Shown: positions 54,165 to 62,948 of the stretch, one piece after another
How positions within the stretch are numbered: the first letter of the stretch is position 1
How the letters are laid out: each line of letters opens with the position of its first letter
Source of the DNA: Candidatus Thorarchaeota archaeon
GTDB lineage: Archaea > Asgardarchaeota > Thorarchaeia > Thorarchaeales > Thorarchaeaceae
Length of the DNA: 64,000 bases
NCBI GenBank assembly: GCA_019057475.1
Contig: DXJO01000046.1
Location: forward strand, 32,001 to 96,000
Direction: 5' to 3'
Translations under genes and position numbers: made by a program
Notes under the pieces: model-generated
Told to the model about the DNA's origin: nothing
The model's input: only the letters and a program-made list of their open reading frames with translations
Database searches by the model: none

Positions 54165-56191
54165 CGTTAATGAACCGAAGGCGCGCCATGCACCTTCGCG
54201 ATAGAGCACTTGTTCTGCTCTTCTCCACAGTACTGCTGCTCGTCACGTTCGTCGGGCCGCTGTCAGTGGGAGAAACAGCTCGTCATTTCGATGCGCAAGT
54301 GAAACTGCATGATTCAGCTATTCCAGCGTCGGATAGTGTACTAAACGTGACACAGCTCTGGGAGGAGATTTGGAACAGCGTTTCTTCTTTAGATATAGAG
54401 AACTACACTCGTACCATCTCAGAGAATTACCCGAGCAGAACTTGGAGTGTCTACAGCCTGACACCAAGTACTAATCTCGAGGACGCGTGGTATTGGGCGA
54501 ACCAGACACTGCAGGAAATCACCGGCGGAGCACTGACGTTCAGACAGATAACAGACCATCAGAGCCTCATTGCTACACAATGCAGCACAGATTCAGAACC
54601 CAAAGCTGCGGTGATAATAACCGGCGTCATTGACAGCGATGAAACACCAAGCGCTAACGATGCGGGTGCAAGCGTCGCCGTAGTCCTTGAGATGGCGAAC
54701 GTTCTAAGTAACTACAATCTTGGTTTCGACGTCCATTACGTGTTGATTAACAGGGGTTATGGAAACGACGAGTATGACCAGGGGAGCAGATACTTCGTCG
54801 AATGGCTTGAAGAGAACGAGATTGTGACGCTGACTACCCTAGCCTTCGAACGTCTTTTGTTTCATAGGACTCAATACCTCTTTGGCACGAGGATAGCATT
54901 GAGGACATCCCCTTACGAGAGCATCTATCAGAGGTCTGTGTGGTTCCCTGAACTAATGATACGAGCCTCCAATACAGTTGGTTTGGGTTGGCTTCTCAAT
55001 CTCTCAGACTTGGGGCTCACTGAGGTTTCCACAGCCTATGAGATGTGGCAGGGGGGCTATCCTGCTCTGCATATCGCCCAAGGATTCTGGCCTGACGGAT
55101 ATAGTGGAACTACCAGTGATGTCTGGGATGTTTCCTATTACTCCTACACCAAGGCAAAGGAGGCTGCTGCATCGGCTATTTGCGCGATTGCATACCTTGG
55201 CCAGTTGCGATCAGGCGATGTTGCAGCAGAGTACAAGAATGGTTTTGCTACGATAGGCGAAGATGTGACGTTGCCAATCACGGTATCAGTAGAGGGCTTC
55301 GTCAATGCGACACTGACCTGGGAGGAGAACACAACATTCAGGGCACAGCTCAAAGATAGCTCCGGTCAACTCGTGTACCAACGCATTGAGAGCGATAACA
55401 AGATTGTCGCCAAATACCGCGCGCTCGTCCCCGGACCGTATGATATCATCATCAGGAATCTCGGAGGTAATGACTCAACGTTTGCGCTTAACGTCACCAT
55501 TCCCAACGACTGTGATGGGGATGGGATAACTGACATTGATGAGCTCGACCTTGGGACAAGTATGTATCTTCTGGACTCTGATGCAGATGGCCTTAATGAT
55601 GATTTTGAACTTAGCATTGGTGGTGACCCGACCTCTGCGGACTCCGATGGTGACGGGGCTCTCGACTATGATGAATACCTGTTGGGTTCTAGCCTGCAGT
55701 TGAATGACACGGACGGGGATGGCCTTCTCGACGGTATGGAAGTAGAACTTGGCTCAGACCCGACTTTGGTTGATACTGATAGGGACGGATTGGACGATTG
55801 GAATGAAACCTACACATATCTGACTAATCCCGTGAGTAGCGATACGGATTCAGACGGGCTCGAGGATGGTTTCGAGGTTTCTGTTGGCCTGAATCCACTA
55901 TCACCGGACTCTGATGGTGATGGTCTAAGTGACCTGTTTGAGATTCTGAACTTCCTGAATCCACTATCGAGAGATACCGATGGTGATGGCTGGAGCGATG
56001 CCTATGAAGTCGAATTCTGCATGTCCCCCACTAATGCTGACACAGATGGAGATGGCATTCCAGATGGAATCGATTGGGACCCGCAGGAACACTGGGTCTC
56101 CACAGTAGTTCCCTTAACCCTGCTCTCCATAGTTCTTCTAGTAGCAGTCTTCAGCTTTCTGAAGTACAAGGTTTACACGCAGCCGGATTGA
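54161..56191 (+). CDS. Surface protein paralog: degenerate M28-like domain, beta-sandwich, Ca-binding repeats, C-terminal TM
   Basis: ATGA overlap with the upstream stop; VIITGVIDS..PSANDAGASVAVVLEMA; nine repeats; TM. Confidence 0.75.
   Translation: MTLMNRRRAMHLRDRALVLLFSTVLLLVTFVGPLSVGETARHFDAQVKLHDSAIPASDSVLNVTQLWEEIWNSVSSLDIENYTRTISENYPSRTWSVYSLTPSTNLEDAWYWANQTLQEITGGALTFRQITDHQSLIATQCSTDSEPKAAVIITGVIDSDETPSANDAGASVAVVLEMANVLSNYNLGFDVHYVLINRGYGNDEYDQGSRYFVEWLEENEIVTLTTLAFERLLFHRTQYLFGTRIALRTSPYESIYQRSVWFPELMIRASNTVGLGWLLNLSDLGLTEVSTAYEMWQGGYPALHIAQGFWPDGYSGTTSDVWDVSYYSYTKAKEAAASAICAIAYLGQLRSGDVAAEYKNGFATIGEDVTLPITVSVEGFVNATLTWEENTTFRAQLKDSSGQLVYQRIESDNKIVAKYRALVPGPYDIIIRNLGGNDSTFALNVTIPNDCDGDGITDIDELDLGTSMYLLDSDADGLNDDFELSIGGDPTSADSDGDGALDYDEYLLGSSLQLNDTDGDGLLDGMEVELGSDPTLVDTDRDGLDDWNETYTYLTNPVSSDTDSDGLEDGFEVSVGLNPLSPDSDGDGLSDLFEILNFLNPLSRDTDGDGWSDAYEVEFCMSPTNADTDGDGIPDGIDWDPQEHWVSTVVPLTLLSIVLLVAVFSFLKYKVYTQPD
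55508..56074 (+). repeat. Nine ~22-aa DxDxDG Ca-binding repeats
   Basis: Counted in the translation, DCDGDG through DTDGDGIPDGID. Confidence 0.85.
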
Positions 56192-56198
56192 GTCCACA

Positions 56199-57041
56199 AT
56201 GAAGAAGCTAGAGGTTAGTGACTTCAGCTTGCAGGAAACACTGGAGTGTGGGCAGACATTCTGCTGGGTTAAGGAAGGAGACGGTTACATCAACGCAGAC
56301 TTGGGACAAGTAGTTTACGTGGAGCAACAGGGTAACTCGCTCCTCTATGAAACCTCCCATAGAGAAGCGTCACTGAAGCACTTGTTCAGGCTTGAAGACC
56401 TTCTTGGAAATATTCAGAAAGAGATCTCCAAGGATGATCTAATGCGCAAGTCGATCCAGTTCGCTCCGGGGCTACACATCATCCAGGACCCGTTCTATCC
56501 TTGTCTAATTTCATTCCTCATTTCAACTCGAAATAATATACCCACGATAAAGAAGGCAACCCAGGCAATCAGAGAGAAGTACGGACCCTCCTACGAATTC
56601 AGAGGAAAGACCTTCCGCGGAATGCCCTCACCCACGCGCATGTCCCTGGTCACTGTGAGTGAGTTGGAGGCTTTGAACCTCGCTTGGCGAGCGAAGTTCA
56701 TCGTGAGGTCGACTGAGGCGCTTCTTGCAGGAGAGGTGGACCCAGAGGCATTGACCAAGATGAGCTACGAGGAAGCCCACCACACACTGAAGACATTGCA
56801 TGGTGTTGGTGATAAGGTTGCAGACTGTGTATGTCTGTTCTCGTTGGGTTTTCTGGAGGCGTTTCCAATCGACGTGTGGATTGAACGAGTGATCCAACAG
56901 CAGTACGGCATATTCACATCAGCAGGCAAGTCATATGCCAAGAAAGGTCGGGCTGCAAGGGACTACTTTGGACAATATGCGGGTTATGCTCAGGAGTATC
57001 TGTACTACTACACAAGGACTACTCAGCGATCGCCCGGCTAA
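56199..57041 (+). CDS. ogg1: 8-oxoguanine DNA glycosylase (OGG1-like)
   Basis: TLECGQTF.W, LISFLIS.RNNI, HhH LHGVGDKVADC, FPIDVW, AGYAQ. Confidence 0.92.
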   Translation: MKKLEVSDFSLQETLECGQTFCWVKEGDGYINADLGQVVYVEQQGNSLLYETSHREASLKHLFRLEDLLGNIQKEISKDDLMRKSIQFAPGLHIIQDPFYPCLISFLISTRNNIPTIKKATQAIREKYGPSYEFRGKTFRGMPSPTRMSLVTVSELEALNLAWRAKFIVRSTEALLAGEVDPEALTKMSYEEAHHTLKTLHGVGDKVADCVCLFSLGFLEAFPIDVWIERVIQQQYGIFTSAGKSYAKKGRAARDYFGQYAGYAQEYLYYYTRTTQRSPG

Positions 57042-57063
57042 TTGAATAATGGACTGCACAGGA

Positions 57064-58182
57064 TTAGAAACTCTGACGCTTGCGCTTCTTTGTTGCATAC
57101 CAAGAATGATTGTCTATCCCCTTGGATACCTCCCACGCCCTTGTCTGATAGAACGCAAGCGGGTGTTGCACGTACTTGCAGAGGGGGTCCTTCGCGGTCC
57201 CAAGATAAACCGGGCAAAGGCTGTTCCCCTGCAATTTGCTGCACCCCGGAGGAGTATATCCCTCACCCGCAGCCTTTGACGCGATGTGTTTAACTTGGTA
57301 CTCCGCAAGACCTCTGACGAAGTCTGGCGCAGCCTTGAACACACCAAGAACTTCCTCCTGGCTCATCCCAATCTTGAGAAGAAATGAAGCAAGTGCAAAA
57401 CGAGCCTCATGTGAAAGGTTCTTACCCTGAGTTGCGTCATCGTGCATGTTTGATATGCACGGAGGAAACGCAGATACAACACCACCTGTTATCTTCACAG
57501 GCTTGGTCGTTCGAATCTTGCCTCGAAGATCGGTTTCTACCCTTTGAACAGCTTCCGTCAATCGCTGAGGGAGAGTTGGAACATCAAGTGTGCTGTGCAG
57601 AATAAGAAGCTTGAACTTGCCCGATACTAGACGATTCAGCTCAAGACGTTGCACTGGAACCCAACCCTTGTCGACGTATCGATTAATCAGCTTCCAAGGT
57701 GATTGGTGAAACTCAGGAGCAACCTCTAGGAAATCCTCGTAGCGCAGTTTGAACTCAAAAGTGCGTAGCTGAATTGGAAGCTTAGCTCTCTCTCTGATAG
57801 TTCCTGTCGATTCCACGTGCCATCCAAAGGCGGATTGACATAGATTAGTCACAAAATCCTCCTTTTCTTTGCCAAGGTGTTTGTTGACTGCCTTGGATTC
57901 AGCTTCGGCTTGGTATTCCCTGAGTCTGGGGTCGCCTATCTTCTCAACAATAAGACGGGCAGTGGGATAGATGAGCATGTCCCCGGGTTCACCAGTGTGG
58001 ACTAGAGGAATCTCTGATTGATCAAGTGCAGCTAAAACCCTTTTCTCGGCCGCTTCAATGATGTAAGTATTGGTTCCAGACTCAACAAAGGAGATTAGGC
58101 GTCTAAGGTCGCGCGCAAGTTTCTGCGCGGCCTTCCTTGTCCCCACTGAGAACGGGTACTTCAGTTGCTGACTCATGGACAC
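57064..58182 (-). CDS. priL: DNA primase large subunit
   Basis: KYPF, FPPCI, LSHEARF, PDF, YQVKHI, YTPPGC...C...C..HPL Fe-S domain. Confidence 0.92.
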   Translation of the reverse strand: MSMSQQLKYPFSVGTRKAAQKLARDLRRLISFVESGTNTYIIEAAEKRVLAALDQSEIPLVHTGEPGDMLIYPTARLIVEKIGDPRLREYQAEAESKAVNKHLGKEKEDFVTNLCQSAFGWHVESTGTIRERAKLPIQLRTFEFKLRYEDFLEVAPEFHQSPWKLINRYVDKGWVPVQRLELNRLVSGKFKLLILHSTLDVPTLPQRLTEAVQRVETDLRGKIRTTKPVKITGGVVSAFPPCISNMHDDATQGKNLSHEARFALASFLLKIGMSQEEVLGVFKAAPDFVRGLAEYQVKHIASKAAGEGYTPPGCSKLQGNSLCPVYLGTAKDPLCKYVQHPLAFYQTRAWEVSKGIDNHSWYATKKRKRQSF

Positions 58183-58237
58183 AGTTTCGTCACTCCATTA
58201 AGATGAGCCAAGATTGCGGACAAATCAAGTTTTGCCA

Positions 58238-58438
58238 TTACATGTTGAATGTCGGACTATAGTCGTCATATCCTTTGTCGAAGAACTTCTTCCCACAGGA
58301 CGTGCACTCAAACATCTGAACCCCTTTTGAGAATGCCCAACGATTTAGAATTCTGAAGATTTTGGAGCTTCCACACCTAGTACATTTTACTGTAGAATCA
58401 TCAGCTGCCCAAGGCGAGTTGTGGCGTTTGGTGGTCAT
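58238..58438 (-). CDS. Small CxxC...CxxC zinc-ribbon protein
   Basis: CTRCGS...CTSCGK; co-oriented upstream of priL. Confidence 0.65.
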   Translation of the reverse strand: MTTKRHNSPWAADDSTVKCTRCGSSKIFRILNRWAFSKGVQMFECTSCGKKFFDKGYDDYSPTFNM

Positions 58439-58598
58439 TATCAGGACACTTCTGTTACCTATTTCTCAGGAAGGCTTTTAGTCTTTTAGACGACGCACCA
58501 CATAGCAGCTCTCCCTTTGAGATGGAATGCGTCCAATCATTTTTTAGAGGCTCTTGATTTAACATGACCGTTGTATTGAAGCAGAAGGCCATTCAAGA

Positions 58599-59564
58599 AT
58601 GACGTACGTTGTTGAAACTGCAAATCTTACCAAGATTTTCGGTGGTAAGCTTATTGCCGTAAATAACATGGACTTGGAGGTTGAAGAGGGCACAATCTAT
58701 GGTTTTCTTGGTCCCAACGGAGCTGGCAAAACAACGGTGATAAGATTGCTGCTAGGGTTGATAATGCCCACTGCAGGAAGCATCAAGGTTTTCGGGGAGA
58801 AAATGAACTTGAACTCGGCCCATCTGCGAAAGCGGATTGGATACCTCCCAACCGATCCAAAGCTCCCAAACAAGATGACACCGATAACTTACCTTGACTT
58901 CGTTGGTAAGCTCTTCAGCCAAACAAAAGACCAGAGAATCTCAAGGCTTTCAAAACTCATAAGATCTGTCGGACTCCTTCCGAGTGCCTCTCGAGAGGTA
59001 AAGGGTTTCTCAACAGGCATGGTGACCCGCCTAGGACTTGCCGCATCTTTGATGAACGACCCAGATCTGCTTCTTCTTGATGAACCTACATCCGGCTTGG
59101 ACCCAGCTGGGAGAAAGTCAACCCTCGACCTAATCGAGGAGTTGGATAGGGAAAAGACGATTTTCGTGTCATCTCACATTCTGAGTGACATTGACAGAAT
59201 ATGTACCCATGTTGGGATAATAAACGAAGGAAAGCTCATCTACTCAGGTTCCATCAAGGAGATGAAGAAGCACATCCAAAGTAATGTCCTCCGGTTGGAG
59301 CTTGATGGAGATATGAATACTTTCTGTGACAGACTGGCATCGATAGGGGGCATGGCTGCCTTTGAAAGGAGGGGAAACTTCACTGTGGAAATCAGTTTCG
59401 TTTCTGATACTTCTACCTTGAAAGCCATACAAGATGTGTTAGGCTTGATAGTGGAGTGCAATCTAGATCTGATATCGATGAACTCCTCAACTTCTAGAAT
59501 TGAGGATGCTTTCTTGAAACTACTTGAGGAGGAAGAATCACGTGGATTCACCAGAGCAGTTTAG
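58599..59564 (+). CDS. ABC-2 type exporter ATPase
   Basis: GPNGAGKT, FSTGM, LDEPTSGLDP, SSHIL. Confidence 0.93.
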   Translation: MTYVVETANLTKIFGGKLIAVNNMDLEVEEGTIYGFLGPNGAGKTTVIRLLLGLIMPTAGSIKVFGEKMNLNSAHLRKRIGYLPTDPKLPNKMTPITYLDFVGKLFSQTKDQRISRLSKLIRSVGLLPSASREVKGFSTGMVTRLGLAASLMNDPDLLLLDEPTSGLDPAGRKSTLDLIEELDREKTIFVSSHILSDIDRICTHVGIINEGKLIYSGSIKEMKKHIQSNVLRLELDGDMNTFCDRLASIGGMAAFERRGNFTVEISFVSDTSTLKAIQDVLGLIVECNLDLISMNSSTSRIEDAFLKLLEEEESRGFTRAV

Positions 59565-60285
59565 ATTCATAGAGTGGCCGATGCCATTCTTGGCCATTGT
59601 GCAAGTCGATTTGCAGAATCTCTTTAAGAGCAGAATGACCTATGGTTGGCTAATTGTGGGAGTCTTTCTCCAAGTTATACGGGTTCTATCAGCGCCATAC
59701 ATCATAGGAACATCAATAATCGTTGTCCAAGGGCTTTCGGATTTCATCTTCATTTGGAGCATGCTGATTATCGGAATAACAGCGAGTGCAGTGTCCTCTG
59801 AAACGGGAGAACTCGCAGACTCCATAATGAGCAAATCTGTAAAGCGACACGACTACATAATGGCGAAATTCACATCACGAATCATGTATGTGATGACGGT
59901 CTACTTGCTAATTTCTGGAGTTCTTGTCGGTGCATCAATGAGAATGTTGGAGAATGACTACGACATGAATGGGCTTGTTGCCGCGCTCCTGCTTGTGGCA
60001 CTCGCGTTGATAATGCTGACTATTCTGGGAGTAACGCTGAGCATGGTTACATCCAACACTGTGATATCGATAGTGTCCTTACTCGTCCTATGGTACTCGA
60101 TGACGATCTTCCTTCCTCTACTAGATCTTGAGTTCATGTCCCCGAGTAGTATGATAAACGAGCTACCAGACATCATTCAAGGCGTATGGAACGGAGAAGA
60201 ATGGAAGATTGGGACCAGCTTTGCTGGTATTTCAATAATCGCAATGGCCCTATCTGTACTGTATTTCTCAACAAAGGATCTCTGA
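59542..60285 (+). CDS. ABC-2 type permease
   Basis: Six TM segments, SE.GEL..IMSK.V.R..YI.AKF. Confidence 0.88.
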   Translation: MDSPEQFRFIEWPMPFLAIVQVDLQNLFKSRMTYGWLIVGVFLQVIRVLSAPYIIGTSIIVVQGLSDFIFIWSMLIIGITASAVSSETGELADSIMSKSVKRHDYIMAKFTSRIMYVMTVYLLISGVLVGASMRMLENDYDMNGLVAALLLVALALIMLTILGVTLSMVTSNTVISIVSLLVLWYSMTIFLPLLDLEFMSPSSMINELPDIIQGVWNGEEWKIGTSFAGISIIAMALSVLYFSTKDL

Positions 60286-60417
60286 GTCTGTCATTGTGTG
60301 ACATGGTTTAGATACTCCCGAGGAAGCCAATGACATACATCGTACATTCCTTTTGCCCATAGCTTCGCTACTGTATTCACGAGAAGGAAACCTGAGTCAG
60401 AATATCGCGGTAGGGGG

Positions 60418-61074
60418 TCAATCTTTTAGACCCACAACAAGTGCTGCAGTCCCTCTAATCTTCTTAGAACCACTTGGTTTCAGGCCCGCATTGGTCATGA
60501 ACTCACCTATATCATCAACGCTATGCTTGCACATGTGTGGATACCTCTTTCGTGCTTTCTCCTCATCCATCCCATGTGCCCCCATTACACGTACGAAGGC
60601 CTCTTCGTTTCCAGACACGAAATCAAAGACCACACACACCCCAAATGGCTTCAGACTTTGAACTGCTTGAAGTATAATGGACTGTGAGTTATCAACCTCA
60701 TGTAGAAGGAAGCCAGAGAAAACCATGTCTACGGAATTGGGTTCTAATACCATTGCGTCTGTGTTGAAATCGTGCTGCGTTAGGATGTAGTTGTCAGATG
60801 AGAGAACACAGGAGAGGAACTCATCCGCTTGTTTCAGCATGCTCTCGCTCTCATCCAGTCCATACACTTTCTTCGTTTGGAGCTTTGACACTGTATCCAC
60901 GAGAAAGAGACCCGGACCGGGCCCGAACTCTGCTACGACCTCGCGTGGTTCAGCCCCGATAAGCTCAAGCAGGGCATTCCAAAACGCCTCAGGGTATCTC
61001 TTATTGTAGGATTGCACCATGCCCTGTACGCGCTCCGGGTCTTGCCAATTGGCCTTTCCCAGGTGCTCTACCAC
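60418..61074 (-). CDS. Class I SAM-dependent methyltransferase
   Basis: AEFGPGPG, GLDES..ML, DMVFS...LHEV, LKPFG. Confidence 0.88.
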   Translation of the reverse strand: MVEHLGKANWQDPERVQGMVQSYNKRYPEAFWNALLELIGAEPREVVAEFGPGPGLFLVDTVSKLQTKKVYGLDESESMLKQADEFLSCVLSSDNYILTQHDFNTDAMVLEPNSVDMVFSGFLLHEVDNSQSIILQAVQSLKPFGVCVVFDFVSGNEEAFVRVMGAHGMDEEKARKRYPHMCKHSVDDIGEFMTNAGLKPSGSKKIRGTAALVVGLKD

Positions 61075-61622
61075 TAATGACGCCCCAACACATAGTCCGC
61101 TCTCATAAGCAGGGTCATGAACTCACTCAAACTCTGCCGGAGAATCTCGGGATCGCTGTAGAGCTTCTTTAGCTCAACGCTTCGCTCCTCAAGCGAAGAG
61201 TCAGTCATCTCATTCATTATCTTGTACGCGGCTGAGGGCCTCTCAGTCCATCTCAGCAACTCATGATGGTCTGAGCTGAGAAATAGAACAACTGGAGTCT
61301 TCTTCTTCCCGTTAACCTTAAGGGCTTCATGGAAGTGTCCATTCTTATCACTGTCTAGAATGCGCAGCCCAACGTTGGGCGATAGTGATGCCATCCGCGC
61401 TAGAACAGGCAGGTTACCGGCGGTGTCATTGCATCGATCTGTGCCAAAGACCAAGATGTCCACTTGATTCTGGATACCACTGAGGGCTTCGGTCTCCTCC
61501 TCGCTGACCATAAGATCAACGTATCTTGCCTTCATTAGCTCCACATTCTCACGTGCTGACCTGAGAAAGGCTTTGTACTCTACTGCGTCGTTCCACTCTA
61601 CAATCTCTGGCATGTATATCAC
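61074..61622 (-). CDS. Thioredoxin-fold protein (Thioredoxin_9-like, CxxT)
   Basis: VFGTDRCNDT..NLP, NGKKKTP, WTERP. Confidence 0.8.
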   Translation of the reverse strand: MIYMPEIVEWNDAVEYKAFLRSARENVELMKARYVDLMVSEEETEALSGIQNQVDILVFGTDRCNDTAGNLPVLARMASLSPNVGLRILDSDKNGHFHEALKVNGKKKTPVVLFLSSDHHELLRWTERPSAAYKIMNEMTDSSLEERSVELKKLYSDPEILRQSLSEFMTLLMRADYVLGRH

Positions 61623-61755
61623 ATCAGGCTCCGAGAGAGAATTCTGCCGGTTCCACCGACTGGTATCTAATTGGTTGGATTGAATAAAAGGCTATCCTGA
61701 GGGGCAATATTGTAATATCGGACCGCAAACAGTCAGCGAACGTGGTCAGACGATA

Positions 61756-62436
61756 ATGACTGTGGCAGAAGAGGTTTTGGAGGAATTACGGAAACTAGGC
61801 AATCCTGAGCAAGCAGAAGCAGTTGCCAGATACATGAAGGCTTCTTCACTCAGATTCTTTGGAGTAAGACTTCCGCTCATACAGAAGACCGTGATGAGAT
61901 TCACAAAGGGGCTTGCGACAGAGGAGCTAGTACCCCTTATGAATGGACTCTGGAAGCAGACCATCTTCGAGTCACGAGTTGCAGCAATACGAGTTCTGGA
62001 GAGGTATGCGAAAATGGGAGATGTGTTCATTGCACTCGATGCTGCATCTCGATGGATAGATGATGTTGATACGTGGGGTCTCATGGACCCGTTGGGAACA
62101 TTGTGCGTAGGCACTCTTCTGCTGAGAAACCGTGATATCGAAAAGACCCTAACGGAGTGGAGCATGAGTGAAAACTTCTGGCGACGTCGAGCCAGTATTT
62201 TGCCCTATCTTCATCTCTCTAAGAAATCAGTATACAAGGCGGAATACACAGAGAGAATCTTGCAGGCAATTCGGCCGCATATTTCGGACAAGGAGTTTTT
62301 TGTAGGAAAGGCTGCCGCCTGGGTTCTGCGTGAGCTTAGTAAGCGAGAACCAGAGGTTGTGAAAGCGTTCATAGATCAGCATCGCGATGTGATGACACGC
62401 CTAGTCATCCGAGAGGCCAGCAAGAAACTGAAGTAG
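61756..62436 (+). CDS. AlkD-like DNA alkylation repair protein
   Basis: RYMK...FFGVRLP, TWGLMD, WS.SENFWRRR, FFVGKAAAWVLRE. Confidence 0.9.
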   Translation: MTVAEEVLEELRKLGNPEQAEAVARYMKASSLRFFGVRLPLIQKTVMRFTKGLATEELVPLMNGLWKQTIFESRVAAIRVLERYAKMGDVFIALDAASRWIDDVDTWGLMDPLGTLCVGTLLLRNRDIEKTLTEWSMSENFWRRRASILPYLHLSKKSVYKAEYTERILQAIRPHISDKEFFVGKAAAWVLRELSKREPEVVKAFIDQHRDVMTRLVIREASKKLK

Positions 62437-62514
62437 TGCGTAGAAAACGGGCTCGATTGCTGGTTTGCGTTAATCCGTCAGCTCATAAGCTAGATTGACG
62501 CGAAGGCAGATGCC

Positions 62515-62868
62515 ATGACCGAGAAGATGATGTCATATTGTGGTCTCATCTGCACCAGTTGCGGAGCATACATCGCAAAGCGTACGAATGACGATGACCT
62601 GCGTGTGAAGACAGCGAAACGTTGGTCCTCGCCCGAATGGACTGTTAAGCCCGAAGAGATCAACTGTGATGGCTGCAAGTCGGACAGCGACGAACTCTTC
62701 AAGCATTGTTACGAGTGTGGCGTTCGAGCTTGCGCACGCGAACGAAACGTGGAAACATGCGCCCACTGCAGCGATTACATCTGTGATAAACTTGAGAAGT
62801 TGTTAGCATTCATAGGGGAAGAGGCAAAGAAGGGTCTCGAAGAGGTGCAGATGTCACTTCAAACATAG
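62515..62868 (+). CDS. DUF3795 cysteine-rich protein
   Basis: YCGLICTSC, CDGC, C..C.VRACA, CAHCSDYIC. Confidence 0.85.
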   Translation: MTEKMMSYCGLICTSCGAYIAKRTNDDDLRVKTAKRWSSPEWTVKPEEINCDGCKSDSDELFKHCYECGVRACARERNVETCAHCSDYICDKLEKLLAFIGEEAKKGLEEVQMSLQT

Positions 62869-62948
62869 AGAGGACACCAGCATTAGTTTCAGGTATCTGT
62901 CATGCTTATCTAAGCAAGAGCCTACACATACATTGGGTGTATGTGGCT

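Noticed and set aside
53475-56074. Periodic ~66-nt repeats as a CRISPR array
   Set aside because: Degenerate in-frame coding repeats with no constant repeat-spacer structure and no cas genes
58238-58438. IS1 InsA-like zinc finger as a mobile element
   Set aside because: No transposase domain or terminal inverted repeats
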